Assembly: GCA_021836725.1 (NCBI GenBank) | Contig: JAKBHL010000011.1 | Span: 94,494 to 158,493 of the forward strand | From: a bacterium | Lineage (GTDB): Bacteria > Patescibacteriota > Minisyncoccia > Phycocordibacterales > Phycocordibacteraceae | Reading direction: 5' to 3' | Length of the DNA stretch: 64,000 bases | Shown here: positions 9,394-18,932 of the stretch, piece after piece | Position numbering within the stretch: position 1 is the stretch's first letter | Layout: every line of letters starts with the position of its first letter | Program-made: the position numbers and the translations under genes | Notes under the pieces: model-generated | What the model saw: the letters and a program-made list of their open reading frames with translations, nothing else | Database searches by the model: none | Told to the model about the DNA's origin: nothing

Positions 9394-10080
9394 ATGATCG
9401 ACGATACACAGTTGTCACAGGAGCAGGAAACGGAGCAGTCGGCGGACGCCGCAGTGTCCGCGGCGGAGAGCCCGATCGAGACGGATGCCTCGGCTGTCGA
9501 GGACGTATCCGTCGCCGTTTCTGGAGAACCGGCGCCTGCCGCGCTCGCGCGCCCCGAACGAGGCGGCAGGGGGCCGGTGCGCTCGCGCGCTCCGCGCGGC
9601 GGGGCGCGCGCCCGCGCTCCGCGCGAGCGCGGCGAGTTTGAGCAAGTCACCATAGACGCGCGCCGCGTCGCGCGCGTGATGGCGGGCGGCCGCCGTTTCA
9701 GCTTCAGTCTCGTGGTCATCATCGGCGACAAAAAAGGCCGCGTGGGCGTGGGGCTTGGGAAAGGGGTCGATACGGCGCTTGCCATAGACAAAGCGACGCG
9801 CGACGCGAAGAAGCATCTCTTTACGATCGCGCGCACGGCTTCGGGCTCGATCCCGCATCAGGTAGAGGCCAAGTACGCTTCTTCCACGGTCGAGATCATC
9901 CCTTCAAAAGGCCGCGGGATCGTCGCGGGTTCGGCGATGCGCACCGTGCTCGAGCTCGGCGGCGTCACCGACGTCGTGGCGAAAATACACACGCGTTCGA
10001 AAAACAAGCTCACCATCTCGCGCGCGACGGTCGCCGCGCTCAAGAAATTGCGCTTGCCCGAGCGGACAAGCGCACAATAA
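9394..10080 (+). CDS. rpsE: 30S ribosomal protein uS5 with long acidic then Arg-rich N-terminal extension
   Basis: RRVARV..GGRRFSF, GRVGVG.GK, G.GIVAG. Confidence 0.97.
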   Translation: MIDDTQLSQEQETEQSADAAVSAAESPIETDASAVEDVSVAVSGEPAPAALARPERGGRGPVRSRAPRGGARARAPRERGEFEQVTIDARRVARVMAGGRRFSFSLVVIIGDKKGRVGVGLGKGVDTALAIDKATRDAKKHLFTIARTASGSIPHQVEAKYASSTVEIIPSKGRGIVAGSAMRTVLELGGVTDVVAKIHTRSKNKLTISRATVAALKKLRLPERTSAQ

Positions 10081-10091
10081 AATATCTTCCT

Positions 10092-10544
10092 ATGCAGCTC
10101 AATTCACTCGTCCCGCGCGCAAAACGCCGTTTGTCCGTAGCGGTCGGTCGCGGCGGCAAGCGCGGCAAGACCAGCGGTCATGGCGGAAAAGGGCAGACCG
10201 CGCGCGCCGGGCACAAAATCCGGCCCGAGGTGCGCGATCTCATAAAAAAGCTCCCGAAACGCCGCGGCCACGGCAAGAATCGTTCGCGCACGGTACGGAC
10301 GAACCAATACGGCGTTTCAGCGGTAAATATCGCAGCGCTCGAAACCGCGTATAATGCCGGAGAGACGGTCTCGCCCGCTTCACTGCTTGCAAAGGGGCTC
10401 GTGCGGCGCGCCAAAGGGCGCGCGCCCGCGGTGAAGATACTCGGCACCGGCGCGCTCACGAAAGCGCTTACGGTCAAAAACTGCACGCTTTCTGCCACCG
10501 CCCGTGCCGCCATCCTCGGGGCCGGCGGCACACACAATGCTTAA
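10092..10544 (+). CDS. rplO: 50S ribosomal protein uL15
   Basis: GRGG..GKTSG.GGKGQ.AR, LPKRRG, VKILG.G. Confidence 0.96.
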   Translation: MQLNSLVPRAKRRLSVAVGRGGKRGKTSGHGGKGQTARAGHKIRPEVRDLIKKLPKRRGHGKNRSRTVRTNQYGVSAVNIAALETAYNAGETVSPASLLAKGLVRRAKGRAPAVKILGTGALTKALTVKNCTLSATARAAILGAGGTHNA

Positions 10545-11811
10545 TTCTTTCACTCACAAGCTCAAACTCGCGTTCGGCGACTCGGAGATACGGCACCGCA
10601 TCCTGTTCCTTGCGGCGGCTCTCGCGCTTTTCCGTTTGCTTGCCGCAGTGCCGATTCCGGGAGTCAACAAGGCCGCGCTCGCCGCGTTCTTTGCGAACAA
10701 CCAATTTTTCGGCCTCCTGAACATCTTTTCGGGCGGCGGCCTTTCCCAGCTCTCGATAGTCATGCTTGGCGTGGGCCCCTACATCACCGCCTCGATAATC
10801 ATGCAGCTCGGCACCATCATATTCCCGCAGGTGAAACAGGCGTACTTTGAAGAAGGGGAAGCGGGCCGCGCGAAGTTCATCGAATGGAGCCGTCTTCTCA
10901 CCGTTCCCATCGCTATTTTGCAGGCCGTCGGTTTCTTGTTTCTTCTTGAGAGCCAGGGCGTCATAGCGCATTTGGGTTCCGTATCGCTCATCGCGAACAT
11001 AACGCTCGTCGCGGCTGGTTCCATGCTCCTCATGTGGATCGGCGAGCTCGTGACCGAATTCGGCATCGGCAACGGCGTTTCGCTCATCATTCTCGCCGGC
11101 ATCCTTTCGCGCGTGCCCGCCGGCATTTCCGAGACCATTTTTGCTTCTACCGCTGCGAATATCCCCAGCTATCTCGCATTCCTCGTTCTTGCTCTCGCGA
11201 TGATCTACGCGGTCGTCGTCGTCTCCGATGCCGAGCGCTCGATACCGATTGCCTATGCGCGGCAGGTGCGCGGCGCGGCGCTCGCTCAAGGCGCGGCGAC
11301 GTACCTCCCCATCCGTCTCCTGCAGGCCGGCGTGATCCCCATCATCTTCGCTCTCTCGCTCCTGCTTCTGCCGCAGATGGCGCTTTCGATGCTCGGGGCC
11401 GCGCATGTCTCGTTCGCCTCGGGCGCGGCGCTTTGGTATACCGCTTTCCTCTCCAATCCGTGGAAGTACGGCGCCGTGTATTTCACGCTCGTCGTGCTCT
11501 TTACCTACTTCTACACCGCGGTTACTTTCGAGCCGCACCGCGTCGCGGAGGATCTCCAAAAAACCGGAGCGTTCGTCCCCGGAGTGCGCCCCGGCCGCGA
11601 GACCGAGGAATACATCGGAAAGGTGGTCAACCGCGTTACGCTTCCGGGCGCCGCTTTCCTCGGCCTTCTCGCAGTGGCTCCCTCGATCATCCAAGGGCTT
11701 ACCGGCATTACGACGCTGGTGTTGGGAGGCACGGCGCTTCTCATCGCGGTGCAGGTGGCGCTTGATCTGGCGCAAAAGATCGACGCACAAGTTTCGCTTC
11801 GGGAATACTGA
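10537..11811 (+). CDS. secY: Preprotein translocase subunit SecY
   Basis: LGVGPYITASIIMQL, GIGNGVSLII, AGVIPIIFA, VPGVRPG, GGTALLIAV. Confidence 0.98.
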   Translation: MLNSFTHKLKLAFGDSEIRHRILFLAAALALFRLLAAVPIPGVNKAALAAFFANNQFFGLLNIFSGGGLSQLSIVMLGVGPYITASIIMQLGTIIFPQVKQAYFEEGEAGRAKFIEWSRLLTVPIAILQAVGFLFLLESQGVIAHLGSVSLIANITLVAAGSMLLMWIGELVTEFGIGNGVSLIILAGILSRVPAGISETIFASTAANIPSYLAFLVLALAMIYAVVVVSDAERSIPIAYARQVRGAALAQGAATYLPIRLLQAGVIPIIFALSLLLLPQMALSMLGAAHVSFASGAALWYTAFLSNPWKYGAVYFTLVVLFTYFYTAVTFEPHRVAEDLQKTGAFVPGVRPGRETEEYIGKVVNRVTLPGAAFLGLLAVAPSIIQGLTGITTLVLGGTALLIAVQVALDLAQKIDAQVSLREY

Positions 11812-11835
11812 AACTAAAAATGCTAGAGTGGACGG

Positions 11836-12462
11836 ATGGATACGCACTCCAAGGATACTCTCGCGAAAGGACGTGAAGGGGCGCATACCGTTTTCTTCAT
11901 CGGGAAACCGGGTTGTGGCAAGGGCACGCAAGCGAAGCTGCTCTCGCAAGCGACCGGCTGGGCGATCATTTCTGCCGGTCAGCAGTTTCGAGACATAGCC
12001 GCTCTCGATACCAGGGTTGGCCGGAAAATCAAGTCTGAGATAGAGGCCGGATTTCTCGCGCCGCATTGGTTCGCGATGTATCTTTTTCAGAAGGCGCTTT
12101 TTGCGCTTCCGGACGGCGCGAGCGCCATCTTTGACGGGTTCAATCGCAAACTGCCCGAAGCCGAACTCATTCTCGAATCCCTTTCGTGGCTCGAGCGGCC
12201 GTTCCTGATTTTCGATATCCGTATATCCGATGAAGAAGTGCATCGCCGTCTCATGGGCCGCAGAGAAACCGAAGGCCGGCATGACGATGCCGTCGTTAGC
12301 GAACGATTGAAAGAATATTACGCACACACCGAAGCGGCGGTGGAAACGTTTCGAAGAGCGGGCGTGCTCATCGACATACAAGGTGAGCAGCCGCCGGAGC
12401 AGGTTGCAAGCGATATTCGCGCGGCACTCGCTCACGCACCTTCGCAGACACACCCGGCATGA
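11836..12462 (+). CDS. adk: Adenylate/nucleoside monophosphate kinase, short-LID form
   Basis: P-loop GKPGCGKGTQA, DGFNR, GRHDD; follows secY. Confidence 0.85.
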   Translation: MDTHSKDTLAKGREGAHTVFFIGKPGCGKGTQAKLLSQATGWAIISAGQQFRDIAALDTRVGRKIKSEIEAGFLAPHWFAMYLFQKALFALPDGASAIFDGFNRKLPEAELILESLSWLERPFLIFDIRISDEEVHRRLMGRRETEGRHDDAVVSERLKEYYAHTEAAVETFRRAGVLIDIQGEQPPEQVASDIRAALAHAPSQTHPA

Positions 12463-13223
12463 TACTCCGGAACGATACCGAACGGGCGAATCTTATCGAA
12501 GCGGGGAAACGCCTCGCGACAGTGCTTCGCGCGCTCCGCGTCGCCGTCGCCCCCGGAGTGACATCTGAAGAACTAGACGACAAAGCGGAAGAGCTCATAC
12601 GCGCGGGCGCTGATGAGCCGGTGTTCCTCGGCTATACGCCCGAAGGCGCGCATCGCCCGTACCCGGCGACGCTCTGCGTCTCGATAAACGACGAAGTCGT
12701 GCATGGCATCCCGAATGAATCGAAAAAAATCCTGAAGCAAGGGGATATCGTCGGACTCGATCTCGGTCTCGCGCATGAGGGCATCATCGTCGATGCGGCA
12801 ATCACCGTACCGGTCGGGCACGTAGATGACGAGGCGAAACGGCTCCTGTACGCGACCGAGGAGGCGCTCAAAGCCGGAATCGAGCGTGCTGTCATCGGAA
12901 ATCATATCGGCGATATCTCGCACGCCATCGCGGAGACGATCGAGAGCGCGGGTTTCAAGGTCGTGAAATCCCTCGGCGGGCACGGCGTCGGCGATCGTGT
13001 GCACGAAGAACCTTTCATCCCCAACTATGGGCGCGCGGGAACAGGACCGGTACTGGAGGAAGGCATGGTGCTCGCGCTCGAACCGATTTCAAGCGCCGGC
13101 AAGGCGGCGGTCATCCTCGCTCCGGACGGATACACGTACAAAACCAAAGACGGATCCCGCTCCGCGCACTTCGAGCACACCATCTTGATTGAAAAGGACG
13201 GACCGCGTATCATTACCGGATAA
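12459..13223 (+). CDS. map: Type I methionine aminopeptidase
   Basis: SINDEVVHGIP, GHGVG..HEEP, LEP, SAHFEHT. Confidence 0.97.
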   Translation: MILRNDTERANLIEAGKRLATVLRALRVAVAPGVTSEELDDKAEELIRAGADEPVFLGYTPEGAHRPYPATLCVSINDEVVHGIPNESKKILKQGDIVGLDLGLAHEGIIVDAAITVPVGHVDDEAKRLLYATEEALKAGIERAVIGNHIGDISHAIAETIESAGFKVVKSLGGHGVGDRVHEEPFIPNYGRAGTGPVLEEGMVLALEPISSAGKAAVILAPDGYTYKTKDGSRSAHFEHTILIEKDGPRIITG

Positions 13224-13252
13224 CCGCTCCGCGGCTATTTATTTTTGAAATT

Positions 13253-13837
13253 ATGGCACACAAGAATCCGAAGGAAGAACGCACGTACGTGATGATAAAG
13301 CCCGACGGAGTGAAAAAGGGGCTGGTCGGCGAGATTATCAAGCGTTTCGAGCAGCGCGATCTCAAGATCGTCGCTCTCGAGATGTTTCAGCCGACGTTCG
13401 AGCAGATCGATACGCATTATCCGAAAGATGCCGCGTGGGTGAAGCGCCTCGGCGAGAAGACGCTCGCTACCTATGAAAAGTATCAGTTTGATGCGATGGA
13501 GGATTTCGGTACGGCCGCTCCCGAAGAGATCGGCCCTGAAATACGGAAATGGCTCGTCGATTACATGCTCTCCGCTCCTCTCGTGAAGATGGTGGTCGAA
13601 GGCACGCACGCGGTCGACATGGTGCGTAAGATCTGCGGCCCGACGATGCCGTATCAAGCCGATATGGGCACCATCCGCGGAGATTTTTCCAATGATTCCC
13701 CCGCCATCGCGAACGCCGAGAAACGCGCGGTCGCGAACATCGTTCACGCGTCCGAGACGCCCGAGGAAGCGGCGCACGAGATTGAGCACTGGTTCGGGAA
13801 GAGCACCCTCCACCGCTACAAACGGCACGGCGATTAG
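13253..13837 (+). CDS. ndk: Nucleoside diphosphate kinase (long form)
   Basis: ERTYVMIKPDGV, GTIRGDF, NIVHAS, EI..WF. Confidence 0.95.
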   Translation: MAHKNPKEERTYVMIKPDGVKKGLVGEIIKRFEQRDLKIVALEMFQPTFEQIDTHYPKDAAWVKRLGEKTLATYEKYQFDAMEDFGTAAPEEIGPEIRKWLVDYMLSAPLVKMVVEGTHAVDMVRKICGPTMPYQADMGTIRGDFSNDSPAIANAEKRAVANIVHASETPEEAAHEIEHWFGKSTLHRYKRHGD

Positions 13838-13994
13838 AACCCATCCCAAAACCCCCGCCTCCCCCGCGAAGGGTATGCGGCAGAAAGAGGCTCTCGGAGC
13901 CCGACGGGGCGAGAGGCGAGCCGCTTTTAGAGCAGAAAAAGACAGCGTACTCCTTTCTGTCGCATACCCGAGGGGGTTTTGGGATGGGTTCCAG
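13834..13994 (+). mobile_element. Repeat family A copy 2
   Basis: Perfect 20-bp inverted ends gaacccatcccaaaaccccc (13837-13856 / 13972-13991); begins in the ndk TAG stop; family A core. Confidence 0.85.
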
Positions 13995-14014
13995 AAAGGG
14001 AGTATACTTATACC

Positions 14015-14157
14015 CGGAGCCGTTCTTAAAAACGCAACTTGCCTCATTTTCGGGAGCTTTACATTCAGGTTCGCTTGGCGAATTCCGCAGGGAAATCCGA
14101 TAGCCGCCATTGGGGCACCCACCTGGCAGAATAAAGTTGCATCAGGGAACGGCTCCG
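14015..14157 (+). ncRNA. ssrS: Probable 6S RNA
   Basis: TATACT at 14003-14008; closing stem cggagccgttc/gaacggctccg; gcaactt/aagttgc; central bubble; GGGAGC (14052-14057) pairs with GGCACCC and is followed by ACCTG (14114-14125), as I recall from Firmicutes-type 6S RNAs; followed by a strong hairpin. Confidence 0.62.
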
Positions 14158-14199
14158 CAGAAATCCCGTCTCGCTGAGACGGGATTTCTGCGGAGCCGT
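14149..14199. terminator. 24-bp perfect hairpin overlapping the ncRNA 3' end
   Basis: acggctccgcagaaatcccgtctc-gct-gagacgggatttctgcggagccgt. Confidence 0.6.
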
Positions 14200-14213
14200 G
14201 ATACAGTGCTAGC

Positions 14214-15605
14214 ATGTCATTGCGGCTGAGTTTTTATGGCGGCGCAGGGAAAGTCACCGGATCGAATTTTTTAATTGAAGGGGCGCGCGGAAGGATTCTC
14301 GTCGATTGCGGGATCGAGCAGGGCGCCGACTTCTGTGCGGCAGACATGTACGGGCCGTTTCCCTATGATGTAAAGGCAATTGACGCGCTTGTTCTCACGC
14401 ACGCGCATCTCGATCACGTCGGGCGCGTGCCAAAACTCGTTCGGAGCGGCTTCCGCGGAAGGATTTTCATGACACCGCCCACGAAAGATATAGCCGAGCT
14501 CATTTTGCGCGATTCGGTCAGCATTCTTCGTCAGGATGCTAAGCGCCGCGGAGCCGAACCACTCTACGAGGAACGGGATGTCGACGCGACGTTCGCGCTC
14601 ATCGAGACGCTTGAGTATCATACGGAAAAAGAAATCGCGCCCGGGCTCACCGTTTATTTGCGCGGCACGGGCCATATCCTCGGCTCCTCGAGCGTCCGCA
14701 TCAAGGATGAAGATGGAACCGCGATCGCGCTTACCGGCGATATCGGCAATTCGCCCTCTCCTCTCCTTCCTGATTGGGAGCCGGTGCCGGACGCCGATGC
14801 GCTTGTCATGGAGAGCGTCTATGGCGACCGGCTTCATCCGCCGCATAGGGAACGCGTAGCGCTTCTGCGCGATACGCTCAAACGCGCCATCGGCAAAGGC
14901 GGCGCGGTGCTCATTCCCGCCTTTTCGCTCGAACGTACGCAGCTCATGCTCTATGAACTCTCCAATTTCTTCGCGGCGGGCGAACTTCCGAAAGTGCCCG
15001 TGTTCCTCGATTCGCCGCTCGCTATCCGTGTGACGGAAGTGTATGAGAAATGGGGACCGACCTATTTCAAGAACGCCGCCGAGGAGGAGATGAAGAGAGA
15101 AAAGAGCCTTTTTGAATTTCCGTTTCTGACTAAGACGTTCTCATCCGCACAGTCGCGGGAGATAGAAAAAACGCAAAATCCCAAAATAATCATCGCCGGA
15201 GCAGGGATGAGTCACGGCGGCCGTATCGGCCTCTGGGAGGCGAAATACCTTCCCGATCCATCCACGACCCTCCTCATCGTCGGGTATCAGGCCCCGGGAA
15301 GTCCGGGGCGGCGCATGGCGGAAGGCGCGTCCTCGGTGCGTCTGAATGGCCGCGCCGTGCGTCTGCGGGCAAAAGTGGAAATCCTCGAAGGGTGGTCAGC
15401 GCACGCCGATCGCGATGAACTTCTCAAGTTTGCCGAAACGGCCCTTTCAGAGAAGCGCACAAAAGTTATTTTCACGGCCATCGGCGAGCCTTCCGCCGAG
15501 CGCTTCCTTGCGCAACGCATTCACGACTATCTCGGCGGGCGCGCCGTTGTCCCGGAGGCAGGGGAGGTATGGGACATTGCCAAAGATTCCGTAAAGAAAG
15601 TCTAA
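14214..15605 (+). CDS. MBL-fold/beta-CASP ribonuclease
   Basis: VTGS, LVDCG, THAHLDHVG, GHILGS, MESVYG, PAFSLERTQ, SAHAD. Confidence 0.92.
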   Translation: MSLRLSFYGGAGKVTGSNFLIEGARGRILVDCGIEQGADFCAADMYGPFPYDVKAIDALVLTHAHLDHVGRVPKLVRSGFRGRIFMTPPTKDIAELILRDSVSILRQDAKRRGAEPLYEERDVDATFALIETLEYHTEKEIAPGLTVYLRGTGHILGSSSVRIKDEDGTAIALTGDIGNSPSPLLPDWEPVPDADALVMESVYGDRLHPPHRERVALLRDTLKRAIGKGGAVLIPAFSLERTQLMLYELSNFFAAGELPKVPVFLDSPLAIRVTEVYEKWGPTYFKNAAEEEMKREKSLFEFPFLTKTFSSAQSREIEKTQNPKIIIAGAGMSHGGRIGLWEAKYLPDPSTTLLIVGYQAPGSPGRRMAEGASSVRLNGRAVRLRAKVEILEGWSAHADRDELLKFAETALSEKRTKVIFTAIGEPSAERFLAQRIHDYLGGRAVVPEAGEVWDIAKDSVKKV

Positions 15606-15691
15606 TTCCGATGAGAGCTCCGTTTTCATATTAAATTAAAAAAGAAAAGCGCCGTTTCCAGCTTACGCTGGACGTGCGCTTTTCACCAAAT

Positions 15692-15916
15692 TCATGCCAC
15701 ATGCTCTGACCTGCCGGCAATGTTGCACGCCAGATGTCCCTGTGCGCATTCATCGCACACAGGAATGATGGTGGCGTGCTTTCTGCTTTTCAGGCCGAAA
15801 GCAAAGAGACAAACGACATGCCGCCCCAGCCACTCGAAATATGTCTCGTTCGGCTTCATGTCCCGGATGGCGTAGTGCATCTCGCCCATTTCACCCTTAC
15901 AGATTGAACAGTTCAT
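15692..15916 (-). CDS. Small hypothetical protein with two CxxC motifs
   Basis: CSIC...CDEC; GAGGAG upstream of ATG; fills the gap after rplT. Confidence 0.5.
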   Translation of the reverse strand: MNCSICKGEMGEMHYAIRDMKPNETYFEWLGRHVVCLFAFGLKSRKHATIIPVCDECAQGHLACNIAGRSEHVA

Positions 15917-16013
15917 GCTCGCTTCTCCTCAGCGTCGTAGTGCGGAGCGCACGAATACCGTTGCGCACTATACAGCATCTCCCCAAAGAAGCAACGCATC
16001 AAGCGCCGCGCGC

Positions 16014-16361
16014 TTATACCGCCTGCTTGGCTATGCGCGTGAAAATTTCTGGGTGTTCGGTCGCGAAAGTCGCAAGAACCTTGCGGTCGAGAAGAATGCC
16101 GTGCTTTTTAAGCGTGCCGATGAAAACGCTGTAGGAAGGATGGCCATTCTCGCGAACGGCAGCGTTGAGCCGGACAATCCAAAGCTGCCGGAAATCGGTC
16201 TTTTTATCGCGGCGATGGGCAAAAGCGTATTTACCCGCATGCAGGAGCGCTTCATGCGCGTAGCGCTCTTTCTTTGAACGCACGCCGCGATAACCCTTCG
16301 CCCGCGCGAGAACGTTCTTACGGCGTTTCTGGGCCAACACACCTCCTTTCACTCGTGCCAT
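16014..16361 (-). CDS. rplT: 50S ribosomal protein bL20
   Basis: MARVKGG, AKGYRG, FRQLWIVRLNAA, LDRKVLA. Confidence 0.97.
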   Translation of the reverse strand: MARVKGGVLAQKRRKNVLARAKGYRGVRSKKERYAHEALLHAGKYAFAHRRDKKTDFRQLWIVRLNAAVRENGHPSYSVFIGTLKKHGILLDRKVLATFATEHPEIFTRIAKQAV

Positions 16362-16388
16362 ACGGAATAGGTATTTAAATACGGTTAA

Positions 16389-16574
16389 TTATGCGCCCGG
16401 AAGAAAACGCTGTCGGACCTTTGCAGAGAGCGCGAGGGAGACCGATCGGCGTTTCGAGCGGCGTTTCCCGCTGCTTTGCTTTGCGTTGAAATGGTCCTGG
16501 CCTTTCGCACGCGCGACGAGCTTTCCCGTGCGCGTCACGCGGATCCTTTTTGAATATGATTTATTTGTTTTCAT
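16389..16574 (-). CDS. rpmI: 50S ribosomal protein bL35
   Basis: MKTNKSYSKRIRVTRTGK...HFNAKQS; lies between infC and rplT. Confidence 0.93.
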   Translation of the reverse strand: MKTNKSYSKRIRVTRTGKLVARAKGQDHFNAKQSSGKRRSKRRSVSLALSAKVRQRFLPGA

Positions 16575-17127
16575 CGTTTTGTTTCTGTTCTTTCTCGCGT
16601 TTTTGCTGCGCGACGAGATCGCGCTCGATGACGCCGGCGAAGCCTTTCGGACTCCTCGTGATCGGTTCGGCGACCTTATACGCATAAGGGATGCGCAGGA
16701 GGAACTTCTCAAGGCGCTCCTTAAGAAACTCCTCACCCATGCCCTTATAGCGGCCCTTCAGGAAGAGCTCGGCGCGTACTCGATGCCCCTCGGCGAGCCA
16801 TTCGGCCGCTTTCTTCGCCTTGAGGAGCATGTCATTGTCGCCGGTACCCACCTTTATCTGGATCTCCTTGGTCTCCGATACTTTGACCTTCGCTTTCGCT
16901 ACTTTCTCTTTTTTGCTGCGCTCGTATTCGAATTTACCATAATCCGTAATCTTCGCAACGGGCGGGACCGCCGAGGGCGAAATTTCAATAAGATCAAGTC
17001 CGGCGCGCTTTGCCGCTTCCAGAGCTTCGGAAAGCTTGAGAACACCGAGGTTTTCTCCTTCCGCACCGATGACGCGCAACTCTTGCGCGCGAATCTCATT
17101 ATTTATACGGAGTCGATCGGTAGCCAC
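16561..17127 (-). CDS. infC: Translation initiation factor IF-3
   Basis: RINNEIRA.ELRVI, GLDLIEISP...PPVAKITDYGKF.YE; start codon (GTG) uncertain. Confidence 0.96.
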   Translation of the reverse strand: MATDRLRINNEIRAQELRVIGAEGENLGVLKLSEALEAAKRAGLDLIEISPSAVPPVAKITDYGKFEYERSKKEKVAKAKVKVSETKEIQIKVGTGDNDMLLKAKKAAEWLAEGHRVRAELFLKGRYKGMGEEFLKERLEKFLLRIPYAYKVAEPITRSPKGFAGVIERDLVAQQKREKEQKQNDENK

Positions 17128-17171
17128 TGGAAGTGGCCGAAGTATAGCACAAAGAGTGCGGAATACACAAT

Positions 17172-18089
17172 TTATTTTGAGAGCTGGCCGGGATCGGAGA
17201 GGATGATTTCCGCTTTGCCCTGATAGGAAGAAATCTTGCCCGTGAGGGTGATGACTGTCCCGTTATAGCGCGCAAGATCGCCGAATTTCTTCACGTCATC
17301 GGCGAAGATCACGCCTGAGAACGGGCAATTTTTATAGTCGGTGCAGAAATCGAGGAAAACGGTTCCGCGCGCCGAAGCGTAGACATTCACCAGCCGGCCT
17401 CGTACCGAGGCGATCGCGCCGATGTGGGCTGGCGCATTGCTGTAGTCGATGACGCCGAGCGAAACGGGCGCGGCCGCTCCCGCGGCCGCGCTGGTGCCTT
17501 TGTAGGCGTCGAAGAGACGCCTCAGTATATTTTCATACGTTTGCCGCAGCGCCGGGTCAGTGCCTATCTCTAGGATTTCGTCATTCAGGGTCGTTGCGGA
17601 GTTGGTCCAGTTATAGCTGCCGAGCGCGTACGCCGAGTCGGTGACGATCGCTTTGATGTGCATGATGCCGTTCCCGCTCCCATGCTTCTCGGTTCTCACG
17701 GGAATGCCGGCCGCAATGAGTTCTTTGATGATCGGCTTATCGTAGCTGTTCGCGCTCTCTCCGGCGTCGACGAGTCCGCGCACCTCCACGCCGCGCTCTT
17801 TCGCCGCGACCAGGGCATCGGCGATATCTTTGAGCGTGAACTCATACATCGCGAAATAGATGCGGCTTTTCGCGGCGTTGATGAGCGCGATGATCTCCTT
17901 GTCGTTTTGCTTCGCGTCGAGGCTATAGATGACGCGCGTGGAACCTGCAGACGGCGCAGTGACGGTGACGGCGGGGATACTCGGCGCGGCGCCTTGCGCC
18001 GCGCCGGAATGCCCCGCAGTGTATCCCGCTCCGCCTGCGGTGAGCGCGAGCGTCGCCGCTATCGCAGAGCGAATGATTTTCTGATCCAT
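17172..18089 (-). CDS. Exported phospholipase D-family (Nuc-like) nuclease with C-terminal OB-fold-like domain
   Basis: N-terminal hydrophobic segment; single HxKxxxxD (HIKAIVTD) plus GSYNW and NDE; C-terminal beta-rich V.G...G.VFLDF...Y.GK.EI. Confidence 0.78.
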   Translation of the reverse strand: MDQKIIRSAIAATLALTAGGAGYTAGHSGAAQGAAPSIPAVTVTAPSAGSTRVIYSLDAKQNDKEIIALINAAKSRIYFAMYEFTLKDIADALVAAKERGVEVRGLVDAGESANSYDKPIIKELIAAGIPVRTEKHGSGNGIMHIKAIVTDSAYALGSYNWTNSATTLNDEILEIGTDPALRQTYENILRRLFDAYKGTSAAAGAAAPVSLGVIDYSNAPAHIGAIASVRGRLVNVYASARGTVFLDFCTDYKNCPFSGVIFADDVKKFGDLARYNGTVITLTGKISSYQGKAEIILSDPGQLSK

Positions 18090-18241
18090 AGGTATAGGCT
18101 CAGTATAGCGGTAAAACAAGCCGCTCGTCCCATTCCAGCTGCAAAGCAGTCGGGACCTGGCCGATTCCAGCAGTTATCCCCACGTCCCGGTCTCCCGGGA
18201 TGGAGTACGGTATAGCGCATAAGCCATAACAATACGCCGCT

Positions 18242-18775
18242 ATGAAAATCGTCGCCCTCTCGGGAAGTTTGCGAAAGGATTCTTACAACACGATGCTTCT
18301 GCGCTCATGTGCGGAGCTTGCTCCGGCGAACATGGAAATCGAGCTAGTGGGTATCGGCGATCTGCCGCTCTACAATTCCGATTTGGAAGCGGCGTATCCG
18401 GCTGCGGCGCAGGCGCTCAAAGATGCGGTGAATGCGGCCGATGGCCTCATCATCGCGACACCGGAGTACAACCGCTCGATCTCAGGCGTTCTGAAGAACG
18501 CCATTGATTGGCTGAGCCGGCCGTACGGGCAGAACTCTTTCGCCCGCAAGCCGGTGCTCGTCGCCGGCGTTTCGATAGGGAAGATCGGCACTGCCGTCGC
18601 GCAGAGCCACTTGAAGCAAATCATGACATACCTCGATGCAAATCTTATCGGTCAGCCAGAACTGTATCTCGGGCCCGCTGCCGAGCTCTTCGACGCGTCG
18701 GGGAAGCTTACGAATGACTCGACGAAAGAACTGCTCGCGAAAGCGCTCGGCGCGCTCCTTGAGCGCGCGTCCTAG
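18242..18775 (+). CDS. NADPH-dependent FMN reductase (ChrR/SsuE family)
   Basis: SGSLRKDSYN, TPEYNRSISGVLKNAIDW. Confidence 0.93.
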   Translation: MKIVALSGSLRKDSYNTMLLRSCAELAPANMEIELVGIGDLPLYNSDLEAAYPAAAQALKDAVNAADGLIIATPEYNRSISGVLKNAIDWLSRPYGQNSFARKPVLVAGVSIGKIGTAVAQSHLKQIMTYLDANLIGQPELYLGPAAELFDASGKLTNDSTKELLAKALGALLERAS

Positions 18776-18923
18776 AACCCATCTCAAAACCCCCGCTCGG
18801 GTATGCGGCAGAAAGGAGTACGCCGTCTTTTTCTGCTCTAAAAGCAGCTCGAACTTACGCCGTCGCGCTCCATAAGCCTCTTTCTGCCGCATACCTCTCG
18901 CGGGGATATAAGGTTTTGAAATG
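18772..18923 (-). mobile_element. Repeat family A copy 3 (inverted)
   Basis: ctagaacccatctcaaaacc...ggttttgaaatg; CTAG supplies the upstream gene's stop; reverse-complement core. Confidence 0.85.
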
Positions 18924-18932
18924 ATCTGGTAC

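Noticed and set aside
14015-14157. SRP RNA or riboswitch
   Set aside because: No SRP helix-8 GNRA/AGCAG motif and no aptamer consensus that I recognise; the rod with a central bubble fits 6S better
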